This document shows, one piece after another, positions 62,327-64,000 of a DNA stretch of 64,000 nt. Made by a program: the position numbers and the translations under genes. This stretch comes from Lophium mytilinum (taxonomy: Eukaryota), in assembly GCA_010093605.1 (NCBI GenBank), contig MU004195.1, positions 1,317,566-1,381,565 on the forward strand, given 5' to 3'. The notes beneath the pieces were generated by a model. The model did not search any database, was not told the DNA's origin, and was given only the letters and a program-made list of their open reading frames with translations. The number at the start of each line of letters is the position of its first letter. The stretch's first letter is position 1.

Positions 62327-62667
62327 GCTTGCAAGCGAGCACGTGAGTGCGTGGGGGTGAGTAGATATGCTGTTAGTGTCTGCAATTTCCACAAGAGCAC
62401 GCTCACAATAGTGAATTGGAGTCGTGATCAGTGTGGTGAGTGTAGTTGGCAGGTTTCGAAGTGAGAGCAGCGGTCGAGAAGTGTTTATTTAAGCTCGTCG
62501 TGACATTTGGAAGGTGCAGTAAAGTCTTGGCATGTCTTGGCAAATTCATCGTGACTATGTTTGCCCTTGTGTACACGCACACGCCGGTGTCAGAAGGGCC
62601 TAGCGAGCCTACGTATCGTTCAGAGTGAATATGATCCTGCACTAGACTTGGTTTCCTCCCCTTCACC

Positions 62668-63660
62668 TCAGATCTCATCTTCCTCTTCATCAAAATCGTC
62701 CTCTTCTCCCATGTCGTACAGGATCCGTCCACCCTCACCACCCTCACCTTTCTGAGCATCAAAGTATGGAAGCACGACTCCTTCTCGATCCCTCCTCTGC
62801 TTTTCAGTGAGCCCTAGATTGAACGTCGAGTCCATGCCAACTTCGTCGATACCGTTCCAGCCCTCATTCGCCGGACTTTGTCGATAGAGCGGGTGATCAT
62901 CGAGCAGAATGGCTATCTCCTTTCCCTTGGAGACCTGTGAAGTGGCATTAGAGTGCACTAATGATGGCAAGAAGTACCACTCATGGACACCCCGCCCCGA
63001 TTTGCGCCTATACTCCATTTCCAGTACCACTCCTCTGGGATCGTTGCTCCCCATTCCCTGTACGATCCCTTCAACCTCCTCTGCCAGTCCGAACACAGGT
63101 TCCGCAAGGCTACGACCTCTTGCGGACTTTTGCGCGAGAACATGGTGGAGTGAATGTGTCGAGAAGATCGCAGTTGAGAGGTACTTCAACAGGGTGAGTG
63201 GATGAGGACTATGTGATGACTCAAGAGGACGTGACAAAGGGATATCTTGATGATATACGGCTAGCAATGGCGTGTTTGGAGAGATCAGGGATGATAGAAA
63301 TGATGAGAGATTCAAAGATGAGTCTCCAGCGATCCAATTCAACGTGTCGAAGACTAAGAGGTTTTTGCCTTCCGACGCCGCGGTAGCTATCTCCTTCTGG
63401 AGAGTTGGAAATGGCTTCCTGGTGGCCTGGATGAAGATGTCCACGCCCTCGGGTGCTTTTAGAGTCTCATAGGACACGAACAGAACTTTGGTCTTTGAGA
63501 GTTTGGCTCTCCGGACATACTCTTTGACAAACGGCTTTGCAGACTGCTCTAGGGAATCGATGACCAAAGTAAAAGGTGACGAGGCATCCCGCTGATTGAG
63601 AAGCTTTGAGATCAGTAGAAGATTGTGCGAGCGTCTTTGCTCCAACTGGGCTGGAGCCAT
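62668..63660 (-). CDS. ELP5: Elongator subunit Elp5/Iki1
   Basis: SPFTLVIDSLEQSA, EMEYRRKSGR, STFNLGLTEKQRRDREGVVLPYFDAQ..GGRILYD..DDFDEEED. Confidence 0.88.
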   Translation of the reverse strand: MAPAQLEQRRSHNLLLISKLLNQRDASSPFTLVIDSLEQSAKPFVKEYVRRAKLSKTKVLFVSYETLKAPEGVDIFIQATRKPFPTLQKEIATAASEGKNLLVFDTLNWIAGDSSLNLSSFLSSLISPNTPLLAVYHQDIPLSRPLESSHSPHPLTLLKYLSTAIFSTHSLHHVLAQKSARGRSLAEPVFGLAEEVEGIVQGMGSNDPRGVVLEMEYRRKSGRGVHEWYFLPSLVHSNATSQVSKGKEIAILLDDHPLYRQSPANEGWNGIDEVGMDSTFNLGLTEKQRRDREGVVLPYFDAQKGEGGEGGRILYDMGEEDDFDEEEDEI

Positions 63661-64000
63661 CTTGGCCTGCGCGCAGATAGTCTCCTTTCAAGGCTAGGAC
63701 CACAGTCAAGAGGTCACGATTGCGGATCCAGGTGTCGTTGATGAACGGGTGTTGCTTTGTCGTCTGAAATCTGCACAAGGATAGTGCGGCTCTAAACCTA
63801 CCTAGCCGGTGATAGGCAGTTGGTAAATCCAGGGTCCAAAGACCAGCCTCATTCATTCCTTACCACCATGGCCCAGCTCGCAGAACTCTCCCCAGCTCGG
63901 ATGATGATGCTTCACCTCCAGCTCCCCCGAACATGACGCCTCCTCAATCGGCCACTGTCTCCTCGAAACCCCAGCGCCCGCGCTCTCCCAAATTCCCACC

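Noticed and set aside
63868..64000. Start of a gene divergent from ELP5
   Set aside because: Truncated by the window edge; start codon and product cannot be determined.

Overview
Intron-rich, gene-dense window from a filamentous ascomycete (Pezizomycotina, probably Dothideomycetes; inferred from gene content and GTRNGT/CTRAC/YAG introns). Recognisable genes in order: the 3' part of YME2, an Apc15-domain protein, a small secreted protein, an M1 aminopeptidase, a BC10/BLCAP-family protein, STRIPAK FAR11/HAM-2, bHLH CBF1, a GH5 exo-beta-1,3-glucanase, a YAG7-like RGG protein, the JmjC demethylase RPH1/KdmA, a block of five orphan membrane ORFs (33.6-38.8 kb), a conserved low-complexity protein, velvet veA, an Sld7_C protein, a decayed QIP/Gfd2-like exonuclease, a double Zn2Cys6 protein, an SMP/LEA-like protein, glucosidase I CWH41, a 724-bp Mutator-like fold-back element, SNRNP27 and ELP5. 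The strongest unexplained signal is a ~225-nt structured, Pol III-type (A box, B box, poly-T) non-tRNA RNA gene candidate at 1.93-2.19 kb. Also notable: a likely AUC-initiated mitochondrial presequence on the aminopeptidase, the nested hairpin inside the MULE-like element, a Leu>Pro change in the VeA velvet domain, and the orphan membrane-gene island with a Trp-rich 11-aa repeat. All family assignments come from motif recognition by eye; no searches were run.
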